Source of the DNA: Verrucomicrobiales bacterium
Lineage (GTDB): Bacteria > Verrucomicrobiota > Verrucomicrobiia > Verrucomicrobiales > SLCJ01
Length of the DNA: 64,000 nucleotides
Assembly (NCBI GenBank): GCA_046075565.1
Contig: JBJTQJ010000082.1
Location: 40,369-104,368, forward strand
Reading direction: 5' to 3'
Both the position numbers and the translations under genes were made by a program. Of this stretch, positions 39,625 to 48,965 are shown in pieces (within the stretch, counting starts at the first letter, position 1; each line of letters starts with the position of its first letter). The notes beneath the pieces are model-generated. The model saw nothing but the letters and a program-made list of their open reading frames with translations, did not search any database and was not told the DNA's origin.

Positions 39625-40452
39625 ATGTTGGGGGTCACGGTCTTGGGAAGCGGCAGCGCGGGCAACGCGGTGGTCATCACCACCCCGGATACCCGCGTGC
39701 TCGTCGATGCCGGACTCAGCGCCCGGCAGCTGGAAAGCCGGATCGTCGCGCTGGGACTGGAGCCCGATTCCTTCGACGCCATCGTGCTCACCCACGAACA
39801 CGGCGACCACACACGCGGCCTCGGGGTATTCTGCCGCCGCCGCCCGATTCCCATTTACTGCAACCGCCACACCCAGCGGGTTGTTGCCGAATCCCTGCGC
39901 GATCCGCCACCGTGGAAATTGATCGAATCCGGCCAACGATTCCGCATCCGCTCCTTGGAAATTGATGCTTTCTCCGTGCCCCACGACGCGGTGGACCCGA
40001 TGGGCTACACGTTCGGCTGGCAAGGTGGCAAAATCGCCGTGCTCACCGATCTCGGTCATGCCTCCACTTTGGTTTTGGAAAAAGCCCGCGGCGCCCACAC
40101 CATCGTGCTGGAAGCCAATTACGACGACGAACTACTCGCCCACGACACCAAACGCCCCTGGGCCACCAAACACCGCATCTCGTCCCGCCACGGCCATCTG
40201 TCGAATGCCCAGGCCGCCGAATTCGCCGCCCAACTCGTGCCCGACGGACTTCGCCGCGTCGTGCTCGCCCACCTGAGCCGCGATTGCAATTCACCCGACG
40301 CCGCCCGGCGCGCTTTCGCCCATTTGCCGGATCTGGAAATCCACTGCGCGTGCCAGGATAACCCGACCGCATTCTGCACCATCCCGACCGCCCCGCCGCC
40401 ACCGGTCGCGCCAACTGCCGGCGGCCCGCTGGTGCAAGGGCAGTTGTTTTGA
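39625..40452 (+). CDS. MBL-fold metallo-hydrolase (YycJ/WalJ-like)
   Basis: LGSGSAGN, THEHGDH, VPHD, LEANYD, GHLSN, HLS. Confidence 0.9.
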   Translation: MLGVTVLGSGSAGNAVVITTPDTRVLVDAGLSARQLESRIVALGLEPDSFDAIVLTHEHGDHTRGLGVFCRRRPIPIYCNRHTQRVVAESLRDPPPWKLIESGQRFRIRSLEIDAFSVPHDAVDPMGYTFGWQGGKIAVLTDLGHASTLVLEKARGAHTIVLEANYDDELLAHDTKRPWATKHRISSRHGHLSNAQAAEFAAQLVPDGLRRVVLAHLSRDCNSPDAARRAFAHLPDLEIHCACQDNPTAFCTIPTAPPPPVAPTAGGPLVQGQLF

Positions 40453-40542
40453 GAGGGACAAATATCGCGTTCAACCCACCATGTTTCTCATTTCTTGACA
40501 TCCACATCGCCAGGCACTAAAAATGCCGGAAATCAAAAAGCC

Positions 40543-41514
40543 ATGCCATTGACCATCGATTTCTTTCCTCTTCGTGTATCCCTTTTTGCCGGAGCATTTC
40601 TCATGAACCAGGCCGTGGTCTTAGCCGGTTCTTCCCCGACCGTTGAATCGACCCCCAAGAGCACGGCCAAGTTTTGGCAATCCACTCTTTCCGCCGCTTC
40701 CGGCTACCAGAGCGGGAAATTCGATTGGAATATCCCGAATGGCAACGAATCGCCGAATATCGTCTCCGAGTTGACTTGGGATGACCTTGATATCTGGACC
40801 AACGCTCTCCAATTCGAGGCGCTTGGAAACGAGAAATGGATGATTCAGCTTGGCTTCTCGTATGGGGAGATTCTCGACGGGCGAAACCGCGACTCCGACT
40901 ACTTGTTCGACGATCGCGGCGGCGAATTCAGCCGTAGTTATGCCGATGTCGATGGCCATACCCTCTCGGCGCGGGCCATGCTGGGCTACCGGTTCAACTT
41001 ATTGGACGGACGGCTTTCCCTGACTCCCGCCCTCGGTTACGCCTTCGACCAACAGCAATTTGAAGACAGCAACGGCTACCAAGCCATCAATCGCATCGAT
41101 GGATACACAGGCTCGTTTCCTGGGCTCGACTCCAGCTATGAAACCGAGTGGCACGCCGGGGTCGTGGACCTAGGCCTGGCCTTCCGCCTGACCAAGCGGG
41201 TCGAGTTGCTCGGCGGGGGGTCCTTTGCCATGGGCAGTTATGATGCCGATGCCGTCTGGAACCTGCGGGATGATTTGCGGCAGAACCCGAGTTTCCGCCA
41301 CAGCGCCGACGGATATGGCGCTTCCGCCCGCCTCGGACTTCGCTACCAACTGGCCGACGCATGGTTCATCCATGGCATGGCCACCTACCAGACCCAATGG
41401 ACCGACGGCGGTCAGGAGACCATTTACTTCCGCGAGGGCTCGCAATCCAACGGCTTCAACGAAGCAACTTGGGAATCCCTCGGCTTCGCCATCGGCGTCG
41501 ATTTCCGTTTCTGA
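40543..41514 (+). CDS. Omptin-like outer-membrane beta-barrel protein
   Basis: SELTW, RDSDY..FSRS, alternating beta strands, terminal Phe. Confidence 0.6.
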   Translation: MPLTIDFFPLRVSLFAGAFLMNQAVVLAGSSPTVESTPKSTAKFWQSTLSAASGYQSGKFDWNIPNGNESPNIVSELTWDDLDIWTNALQFEALGNEKWMIQLGFSYGEILDGRNRDSDYLFDDRGGEFSRSYADVDGHTLSARAMLGYRFNLLDGRLSLTPALGYAFDQQQFEDSNGYQAINRIDGYTGSFPGLDSSYETEWHAGVVDLGLAFRLTKRVELLGGGSFAMGSYDADAVWNLRDDLRQNPSFRHSADGYGASARLGLRYQLADAWFIHGMATYQTQWTDGGQETIYFREGSQSNGFNEATWESLGFAIGVDFRF

Positions 41515-41579
41515 TGCCCCGGGCGCAGGGCCCCTCCCCCCTTGCGCGGGCAAGGCGGCGGGCTTAAGTTTGCCGCGCC

Positions 41580-42896
41580 ATGGCTTCCGCTGAAAAACAA
41601 CGCACCCTCGCCCAGCCCTCAAGTCTCACCGGCACCTCCCTGCACACCGGGGAAAAGGTCACGCTCACCCTGCGGCCGGCGCTCCCGAACCACGGCTTGA
41701 AATTCCGCCGGGTGGATTTGCCCGACCAGCCGTTTATCGCCGCCGATGTCTCGAAGGTCCAGACCGTCGAGCGCGCCACCACCTTGGCCGAGGGCTCGGT
41801 GAAGGTCCATACGGTCGAGCATGTGCTCTCCGCCCTCACCGCCATGGGCGTGGACAATGCCATCATCGAAATGGACGCCAATGAGCCTCCCATCGGCGAC
41901 GGCAGCGCCCTTCCCTACGTCGAATGCATCAAAAAAGCCGGCCTGGTCGAACAGGACGAACCGCGATCCGTCTGGGACATCCGCGAACCCATCCACCTCG
42001 AGACGAAAACCGACAGCTTGATCACCATCGTGCCCGACAGCCAATTGCGGGTTTCCTGCACCAATGTCGGCCCCGACGGGCGCATGACCCAATTTTACTC
42101 GACGGTGATCACTCCCGAGGTCTACGAGAAGGAAATCGCGCCCGCGCGGACTTTTGTTTTCTACGAGGATGTAAAGCCGCTTCTCGACAAGGGACTCATC
42201 CGCGGCGGCAGCCTAGAAAATGCCGTGGTCGTGAAAGATGACGCCGTGATGAGCCGCGAGCCCATGCGTTTCAAGGAAGAATTCGCCCGCCACAAGATCC
42301 TCGACATCATCGGTGACCTCACCCTCTGCGGAAAAAGGTTCACCGGTCACGTGATCGCCATCAAACCCGGCCACGGACCCAATACCCAGATGGCCACGAC
42401 TCTGGCCAAGGAATACGCGCGGATGCGCAGCATGATCCCGCCCGTGCGTATCCCGAAAGGCGATGCCGTGCTGGACATCAAGGACATCCTCAAGATTCTG
42501 CCGCACCGTTACCCCTTCCTGCTCGTCGATCGGGTGATCCGTTTCGAAGGAGATACCAAATGTGTCGGCGTGAAGAACGTGACCATGAACGAGCCGTTTT
42601 TCCCCGGCCACTTCCCCGGCCATCCGGTCATGCCGGGTGTGCTCCAGGTCGAGGCCATGGCGCAGGTCGGCAGCATCCTCATGCTCCGCAAACCGGAGAA
42701 CCAAGGCAAGATCGGTTACTTCATGAGCGCGGACAGCGTGAAATTCCGCAAACCCGTTCTGCCCGGCGATACCCTTTTCATCGAAGCCGAGGTTTTGAAA
42801 ATCCGCGGCAACATCGGTGTCACCATGTGCCGATGCCTGGTCAACGATGAAGTCGTTTCCGAGGGTGAATTGAAATTCAGCCTCTTCCAACCGTGA
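41580..42896 (+). CDS. lpxC: Bifunctional LpxC/FabZ
   Basis: TVEHVLSAL and RHKILDIIGDL (LpxC); LPHRYPFLLVD and GHFPGHPVMPGVL (FabZ). Confidence 0.96.
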   Translation: MASAEKQRTLAQPSSLTGTSLHTGEKVTLTLRPALPNHGLKFRRVDLPDQPFIAADVSKVQTVERATTLAEGSVKVHTVEHVLSALTAMGVDNAIIEMDANEPPIGDGSALPYVECIKKAGLVEQDEPRSVWDIREPIHLETKTDSLITIVPDSQLRVSCTNVGPDGRMTQFYSTVITPEVYEKEIAPARTFVFYEDVKPLLDKGLIRGGSLENAVVVKDDAVMSREPMRFKEEFARHKILDIIGDLTLCGKRFTGHVIAIKPGHGPNTQMATTLAKEYARMRSMIPPVRIPKGDAVLDIKDILKILPHRYPFLLVDRVIRFEGDTKCVGVKNVTMNEPFFPGHFPGHPVMPGVLQVEAMAQVGSILMLRKPENQGKIGYFMSADSVKFRKPVLPGDTLFIEAEVLKIRGNIGVTMCRCLVNDEVVSEGELKFSLFQP

Positions 42897-43675
42897 GCAC
42901 CACCATCCACCCGAGCGCCGTCATCCATCCCTCGGCCGAAATCGGGGAGGATTGTGAGATCGGACCGTATTGCATCATCGGCCCGTCCGTTCAGCTCGGA
43001 AACCGCTGCCGACTTGCTTCGCACGTCGTCATCGAAGGACCCTGCATCATCGGCGAAAACAACGACTTTTTTCCCAACGCCTGCATCGGCCAACGCACCC
43101 AGGACCTCAAATACTCCGGTGAACCAACCGGCTTGGAAATCGGACACAATAATGTCTTCCGTGAATTTGTGACCGTGCATCGCGCCACCGGAGTCGGTGA
43201 CCGCACGATCATCGGGAATCATGGCCACTTTCTCGCCTACGTGCACATCGCCCATGATTGTGTGGTCGGCGACCATGTCATCTTCTCGAACAACGGAACC
43301 CTCGCCGGACACGTGATTGTTGAAGACCATGCCATTCTCGGCGGCTTGACCGCCGTGCACCAGTTTTGCCGCATCGGAAAATTCGCCATCACCGGGGGTT
43401 GCTCGAAGATTGTCCAGGACATCCCTCCGTTCATCATCGCCGATGGCAACCCTGCTGTTCCACGAGGCGTGAACAAGGTCGGACTCGAACGCCACGGCTT
43501 CTCGGCGGATGAACAAAAAACACTCCGCGACGCATACAAGACGATCTACAGGCGGGACCTTCTGCTTGAAGCCGCCCTCAATGAACTCGAAGGCCGGGAA
43601 GATGCCCCCGGCGCCGAACATCTCCGGCACTTCACCCGCTTCATCCGCGCCAGCCAACGGGGAATTATCCGATAG
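42893..43675 (+). CDS. lpxA: UDP-N-acetylglucosamine O-acyltransferase
   Basis: Hexapeptide repeats, QDLKY, HIAHDC, VHQFCRIG. Confidence 0.96.
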   Translation: MSTTIHPSAVIHPSAEIGEDCEIGPYCIIGPSVQLGNRCRLASHVVIEGPCIIGENNDFFPNACIGQRTQDLKYSGEPTGLEIGHNNVFREFVTVHRATGVGDRTIIGNHGHFLAYVHIAHDCVVGDHVIFSNNGTLAGHVIVEDHAILGGLTAVHQFCRIGKFAITGGCSKIVQDIPPFIIADGNPAVPRGVNKVGLERHGFSADEQKTLRDAYKTIYRRDLLLEAALNELEGREDAPGAEHLRHFTRFIRASQRGIIR

Positions 43676-43699
43676 CGGAAATCTCCGTGAAGAAAAAGA

Positions 43700-44311
43700 A
43701 ACCACGGATAGACACGGATTCTTGAGATTTACCTTTAGATCTTCTTCGCTCTCTCTTTCGTCCAAGGTTTCGAGCCTGAATCTCACGTTGCAAGACTTCT
43801 GACATGCTAGCCAACGACGAACAACTCACGGAAGTCATTATCGGAGCCGCGATGAAGGTGCTCAACACCCTAAAGCCCGGACTCGACGAGAAGCTCTATG
43901 AACGCGCCTTGGTCATCGAACTCACCAAGAACGGATACATCTGCGAGGCGCAGCGGGAGTTTAACGTCCGTTATGAAGGCCAACACATCGGCTCGCTCAT
44001 TCCCGACCTTCTGGTCAACGGCTCGGTTATCGTGGACACCAAGGTTGTAAGCTGCTTCACGGAAACGCCCTTGGCCCAGATGCTCGGATATCTGAATATC
44101 ACAGGCCTGAGAACCGCACTTCTTCTGAACTTCAAACACGCCAAACTTGGCATCAAACGCGTCTCCAACTGAACCCAGAACACCAACCGCCGACATGAAT
44201 GACCGCGCATCAACCATGAACTCTGGAAGGCGATACCGCGGTGTCTCAACCCCCTGCACGCTGCTGACTCCTCCTCTCTTCATCCGTGCCTATCCTTGCC
44301 CATCCGTGGTT
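43700..44311. mobile_element. Candidate element: GxxExxY gene flanked by AACCACGGAT-type inverted repeats
   Basis: Left aaccacggatagacacggat (43700-43719); right atccgtgcctatccttgcccatccgtggtt (44282-44311). Confidence 0.6.
43804..44172 (+). CDS. GxxExxY family protein (PD-(D/E)xK-like)
   Basis: GLDEKLY motif; PDLLV..IVDTK; QMLGYL; ALLLNF. Confidence 0.93.
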   Translation: MLANDEQLTEVIIGAAMKVLNTLKPGLDEKLYERALVIELTKNGYICEAQREFNVRYEGQHIGSLIPDLLVNGSVIVDTKVVSCFTETPLAQMLGYLNITGLRTALLLNFKHAKLGIKRVSN

Positions 44312-44364
44312 CTTTCCGTTCTGGACATCCTCACTTTACCCCGGTAGATCTTCAGCAAGCCCTG

Positions 44365-45762
44365 ATGCATCCTTCTCCTCCCATGCGATTTCCACGGCGC
44401 CAACCCTCAGGGCAGGGAAAGTTTTTCCTGATAGTTGGGCTAGCCGCCTTGGCGGTCACCGCCGCTATCTTTCTGGGTTATGCCTGGCCAAAATGGTTTC
44501 AGAAACCAACTGTGCCGCCGAGCGTCGCCGTGGCCGCCCCGACCCCTTTGCCAGCGCCGATTGCGGATGATTCCAAGCCAACCCCGACAAATCCAAGCCA
44601 ACCCGTTGGTTTGGATCCGAAGCCTTCGCCCACACCACCCTCCGTTCCTCCGGTGGTCGGACCCGTTCAGCCATCGGTGGCCATGGAAAAACTCGCGGCG
44701 GCCTTCCTCGCTGAAGATCCCGCCGCCGTGCGAGCCGCCCTAGGCACGCGCGTTGTTCCTGAAACAATCATCACAGACCTCGCCAAGCTGTTTTCGACCC
44801 ACGATCTCGACACTGCCAATGCCGTGAGCCAGCTGGGTAGTCAGCCAGCCCTCCAGCGTTGGGCCATCTACCTGAAAGAAAACCGTCCGGTCGGTCTTGA
44901 GGGTGGGGTTCCGGTGGCAGTCGAGCTGGATTTCGTCCGTGACGACCGCGGGCAATGGTGGCCGGGGGCGATTAGCCTGCCCGAAGAAACGGCCACCAAG
45001 CCACCTGCTGCACCAGAAGCACCTCCCGAGGCCATCGCGGCCGCTAGCACCGCAGCCAATGCCCTGATTGGCGGAGCCATGGCGGACCTCGTAGCCATGG
45101 TTGACCCGGCCCGGTTTCTTCCCGCTCAGGCTACCGGCCTCGCCGCCATGCTGCAGGAAGGAGCTTTTGTCCTCAAACCCGACGCCGCCCCCGTGGTCAC
45201 CCTGGCCGCTCCGGCCCAAGTCTGGCTCACGGTGCCCGTGGTCAGCACCCAATGGCAGACGGAATCCCGTTTTGGAATCATCCTCAGGAAGACAAGCGAG
45301 GGTGACCCTTGGCTGGTCGCCGCCTTGAATGCCGACAGCCTGCTCGCTGTTACCTCCAACCGGCTCGCCGCCGGCGATTCTGCCACTTCCCTGATCCGCA
45401 ATCCCGGCCAACCCGACGCCCTCTGCCTCTATTTCTCCCCGAATTCCTCCGAGACCGACGAACGCGCCCGGCGGGTCGTTTCCCTCTCCGCCGCCATGCT
45501 CAATGCCGATCCCGCGCTGCGCGTAAGCCTGCTCGGCCACACCGATGCCACGGAGAAAGATGGATTCGAAAAAAAACTCTCCCTAGCACGGGTGGAGTCG
45601 GTCGCCAAACTGTTGCTCGAGGCGGGCATCCCCACCGAGATCATCGAACGCGAAACCCATGGTTCCCAACGTCCGCGCCGCGCCAATTTCCTGCCCGACG
45701 GCCAACCGGACCCCCGAGCGCTTTTGCTCAACCGGCGCGTGGAATTGATTTTGCGGCGGTAG
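44365..45762 (+). CDS. OmpA-family peptidoglycan-binding protein with TM anchor and Pro-rich linker
   Basis: GHTD...LSLARVESV...NRRVEL. Confidence 0.85.
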   Translation: MHPSPPMRFPRRQPSGQGKFFLIVGLAALAVTAAIFLGYAWPKWFQKPTVPPSVAVAAPTPLPAPIADDSKPTPTNPSQPVGLDPKPSPTPPSVPPVVGPVQPSVAMEKLAAAFLAEDPAAVRAALGTRVVPETIITDLAKLFSTHDLDTANAVSQLGSQPALQRWAIYLKENRPVGLEGGVPVAVELDFVRDDRGQWWPGAISLPEETATKPPAAPEAPPEAIAAASTAANALIGGAMADLVAMVDPARFLPAQATGLAAMLQEGAFVLKPDAAPVVTLAAPAQVWLTVPVVSTQWQTESRFGIILRKTSEGDPWLVAALNADSLLAVTSNRLAAGDSATSLIRNPGQPDALCLYFSPNSSETDERARRVVSLSAAMLNADPALRVSLLGHTDATEKDGFEKKLSLARVESVAKLLLEAGIPTEIIERETHGSQRPRRANFLPDGQPDPRALLLNRRVELILRR

Positions 45763-45769
45763 TGGTTGA

Positions 45770-45913
45770 GGGCAAGAGCGAGACGCTCTTGCTACGGTGG
45801 ACACGGCAGAGCAGGGGAATTTCGCCTGCTCGGCAAAGACGCCACCTTGGACAATATCCGCTCGTGGTGACCGCCGCCTTCTAGCCTTGGCGCTGACAAG
45901 CCCGCTCTTGCCC
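45770..45913. repeat. GTAG-type REP doublet copy 4 (degenerate right arm with insertion)
   Basis: gggcaagagcgagacgctcttgctac at 45770-45795; ends cccgctcttgccc. Confidence 0.8.
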
Positions 45914-45941
45914 ATCACAGATTTCCGCGCCAAACTATCGT

Positions 45942-46598
45942 GTGTTCCCCGTGCTCATCGCCCCCTCGCTGCTGGCGGCCGATTTCGGCAGCATCACTGC
46001 GGAAATCCAACGCGCCGAAGCCGCGGGCATGGACTGGCTGCATCTCGATGTGATGGATGGTCACTTTGTGGACAACATTTCCTTCGGACCGGCCATGGTG
46101 GCGGCTTCGAGGAAGGCGTCCTCCTGCTACCTTGATGTCCATCTCATGATCTCGCGTCCGGATCATTATTTGGAACGCTTCATCGAAGCGGGCTCCGACG
46201 GAATCACGGTGCATGTTGAAGCGGATCATGATGTGGCAGAAACCCTGCGCCGCATCCGCGCGGCCGGACTCAAGCCCGGACTTGCCCTCAATCCCGCTAC
46301 ACCTCTGGAAGCGGCGGAACCCTATTTGGCCAGCATTGATTTGTTATTGATCATGACGGTGGTGCCGGGATTCGGCGGCCAGTCCTTTATGCCCGAAACC
46401 ATGCCGAAACTCGCTGCCGCAGCCAAGGCGCGGGCAAGCGGAAACCATAGCTTCCGCCTTGAAGTGGACGGCGGCATCCATGAAGGCACGGCTCCCATTG
46501 CCCTCGAAAACGGCGCCGACGTGCTCGTCGCCGGTTCCTCAACCTTCCGCGCCGCCGACATGGCCGCGGTGATCGCTAGGATGCGGACCATGAAATAA
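45942..46598 (+). CDS. rpe: Ribulose-phosphate 3-epimerase
   Basis: HLDVMDGHFV, DVHLMI, MTVVPGFGGQ, EVDGGI. Confidence 0.96.
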   Translation: MFPVLIAPSLLAADFGSITAEIQRAEAAGMDWLHLDVMDGHFVDNISFGPAMVAASRKASSCYLDVHLMISRPDHYLERFIEAGSDGITVHVEADHDVAETLRRIRAAGLKPGLALNPATPLEAAEPYLASIDLLLIMTVVPGFGGQSFMPETMPKLAAAAKARASGNHSFRLEVDGGIHEGTAPIALENGADVLVAGSSTFRAADMAAVIARMRTMK

Positions 46599-46599
46599 T

Positions 46600-46921
46600 T
46601 GGCAAAAAGATGTGGGGCAGAAAGATGGAGAGGAGGAAACGATCCCGCTCTTATCTCAAGTCAATCTTTATGCCCTCCATCTTTCTGCCATCATATTCAG
46701 GGGCAGGCTCAATGACTTCACTCCCTCACGGACCGCTGGGACAGCGGTCCCTGCCGGTTGATTGGCCGGGGTCGTGTATGGGCGCGAGCATCGCATGTTG
46801 ATGGATCGCGGGCTCCCAAATGCTCGTTTTGCTCTTGCCTCTCGCTCCGCGTGCCGCTTGACACAGGCGGCCTACAGGCCATGCGCATGAGAAGATCTGT
46901 AGGGCGGTTGTGTCAACCGCC
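46600..46921. repeat. Repeat cluster between convergent rpe and thrS
   Basis: GGCAGAAAGATG inverted pair 46600-46690; hairpin 46730-46755; GTAG-type doublet 46854-46921. Confidence 0.75.
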
Positions 46922-46962
46922 AAGCGAATGCGATTCTCTATAGCCCACAAGAGAATCCCGGA

Positions 46963-48843
46963 TCACTCCAACCGGCGTTCCTTGATCTCCGTGAGCAGTG
47001 ATTCGACGAAGGCTTCGACATCTTGGGCTCCGAGGTCGCCGCGTTTGGCGTGGCGCACGGAAAGCTGATTCGCTTCGGCTTCGCGTTGGCCGACCACGAG
47101 CATGTAAGCGGCTTTTTCGAGTTGGGCATTCCGGATCTTCGCTCCGACCTTGTCGGCGCTCGCGTCGAGAGTCGCGCGCACTCCGGCATCGAGCAATTTC
47201 TGGTGCAGGGCGCGGGCGAAGTCCTCGGTTTTTTCGGAAATCGGCAGCACCCGCACTTGTTCGGGGGCAAGCCAGGTCGGGAAGTGTCCGCCGAAATGTT
47301 CGATGAGCAATCCGGTGAAGCGTTCCATGGAGCCGAAGGGCGCGCGGTGGATCATCACTGGCCGGTGCGACTGGTTGTCGGCTCCGGTGTAGCTGAGGTT
47401 GAAGCGTTTCGGCAAGTTGTAATCCACTTGAACAGTGCCGAGTTGCCAGTCGCGTCCGATCACATCCTTGACCACGAAATCGATCTTGGGTCCATAGAAA
47501 GCGGCTTCGCCCGGTTCCTCGTTGTAAGGCACACCGAGATCCTTGACGGCGGCACGCAGGGCGTCCTCCGCTTTGTCCCAGTCGGCCGGGTCGCCGACGT
47601 ATTTGTCGCTGGCCGGATCGCGCAGGGAAAGGCGCACGCGGTAGTCATTCATGCCGAGCGTGCCGAGCACTTTCTTCACCAGACCGAGGCAACCTTCGAC
47701 TTCGGCGGCAACTTGGTCGGGCGAGCAGAAGAGGTGGGCGTCGTCCTGCGTGAAGCCGCGCACGCGGGTCATGCCACCGAGTTCGCCGCTTTGTTCCCAA
47801 CGGTAAACCGTGCCGAATTCGGCGAGGCGCACCGGAAGGTCGCGGTAGGAATGCGGCTCGCTATCGAAGATCTTGATGTGATGCGGGCAATTCATCGGCT
47901 TGAGCAAGAAGCCGTCGACATCGCCATCGGCGAGGCGGTTGTGGAGATCCGCACAGGAACATCCTTCATCGGCCAACGCCTTCAGCGAGTCGCGTTCGAT
48001 GACCGGTGGATATTGGCTTTCCGCGTAGTAAGGGAAATGCCCGCTGGTGCGGTAGAGATCGAGTTTCCCGATGTGCGGGGTAAAGACCTGCGAGTATCCC
48101 TGGCGATCGAGCTCCTCGGTGATGAAGTCCTGGAGCTGGCGGCGGATGACCGCGCCCTTGGGTTTCCAGAGGATGAGGCCTTGGCCGACCGCCTCGTCGA
48201 TGTGGAAGAGTCCAAGTTCGCGACCGACACGGCGGTGGTCGCGTTTGCGCGCTTCTTCCAGACGGGCGAGATAGTCTTCCAGTTCTTCCTTGGCCGGGAA
48301 GGCCGTGCCGTAAAGACGCTGCAGTTGCGGCTTGGTCTCGTCGCCCATGTAGAAGGCCGAGGCAATGGACATTAGTTTGACGTTCTTGCACTTCGCCGTG
48401 TAGCCGACGTGGGGCCCGGCACAGAGATCGATGAAGTCGCCATTCTTGTAGAGGGAGATTTCCTCTCCTTCGGGGATTTTGGCGAGCAGGTCGATTTTGA
48501 ATTGGCTCGGCTTACCGGGGCGGTCGGCGAGAGCGCCGAGGCGACCGGATTCCGCGAGCGCGAGTGCTTCTGCGCGGCTGATCGCCAGCTTCTCGAACTT
48601 CTGGTTTTCCTTCGCGATCTTTTTCATTTCCTCCTCGATGCGGGGGAAATCCTCGGGCGTGATGCGGTAATCGAGATCGAAGTCGTAGTAGAATCCATTT
48701 TCGACGGGCGGACCGTAGGCGAACTGGGCTCCCGGCCAAATGCGCAGGATGGCGGTGGCCATGACGTGCGCGCAGGAGTGGCGGAGCTTCTCGAGGTCGC
48801 TCATTTGTTCGCGTTCTTCCAAGGTCTTGCGGGCGTCGGACAT
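46963..48843 (-). CDS. thrS: Threonine--tRNA ligase
   Basis: RHSCAH, DLCAGPH, RDHRRVG, KPMNCPHH, RVRGFTQDDAH, AFYGPKID. Confidence 0.97.
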   Translation of the reverse strand: MSDARKTLEEREQMSDLEKLRHSCAHVMATAILRIWPGAQFAYGPPVENGFYYDFDLDYRITPEDFPRIEEEMKKIAKENQKFEKLAISRAEALALAESGRLGALADRPGKPSQFKIDLLAKIPEGEEISLYKNGDFIDLCAGPHVGYTAKCKNVKLMSIASAFYMGDETKPQLQRLYGTAFPAKEELEDYLARLEEARKRDHRRVGRELGLFHIDEAVGQGLILWKPKGAVIRRQLQDFITEELDRQGYSQVFTPHIGKLDLYRTSGHFPYYAESQYPPVIERDSLKALADEGCSCADLHNRLADGDVDGFLLKPMNCPHHIKIFDSEPHSYRDLPVRLAEFGTVYRWEQSGELGGMTRVRGFTQDDAHLFCSPDQVAAEVEGCLGLVKKVLGTLGMNDYRVRLSLRDPASDKYVGDPADWDKAEDALRAAVKDLGVPYNEEPGEAAFYGPKIDFVVKDVIGRDWQLGTVQVDYNLPKRFNLSYTGADNQSHRPVMIHRAPFGSMERFTGLLIEHFGGHFPTWLAPEQVRVLPISEKTEDFARALHQKLLDAGVRATLDASADKVGAKIRNAQLEKAAYMLVVGQREAEANQLSVRHAKRGDLGAQDVEAFVESLLTEIKERRLE

Positions 48844-48965
48844 GGGTGTGTGCTGTGGTTTGAGGGCGGCAAAGTTCGCCCCGATCCGGGCGAGCGTCAA
48901 CGCGGGCCGCGGATTTCGCGAATTTCCCTTTTCCATTGCGAGGGTTTTCCGTGTATCTGGTGGGG

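Noticed and set aside
47023-48375. Long antisense ORFs (also 51339-53375, 19811-21175, 59335-60558)
   Set aside because: Shadow frames of well-supported genes, expected in GC-rich DNA; no motifs.
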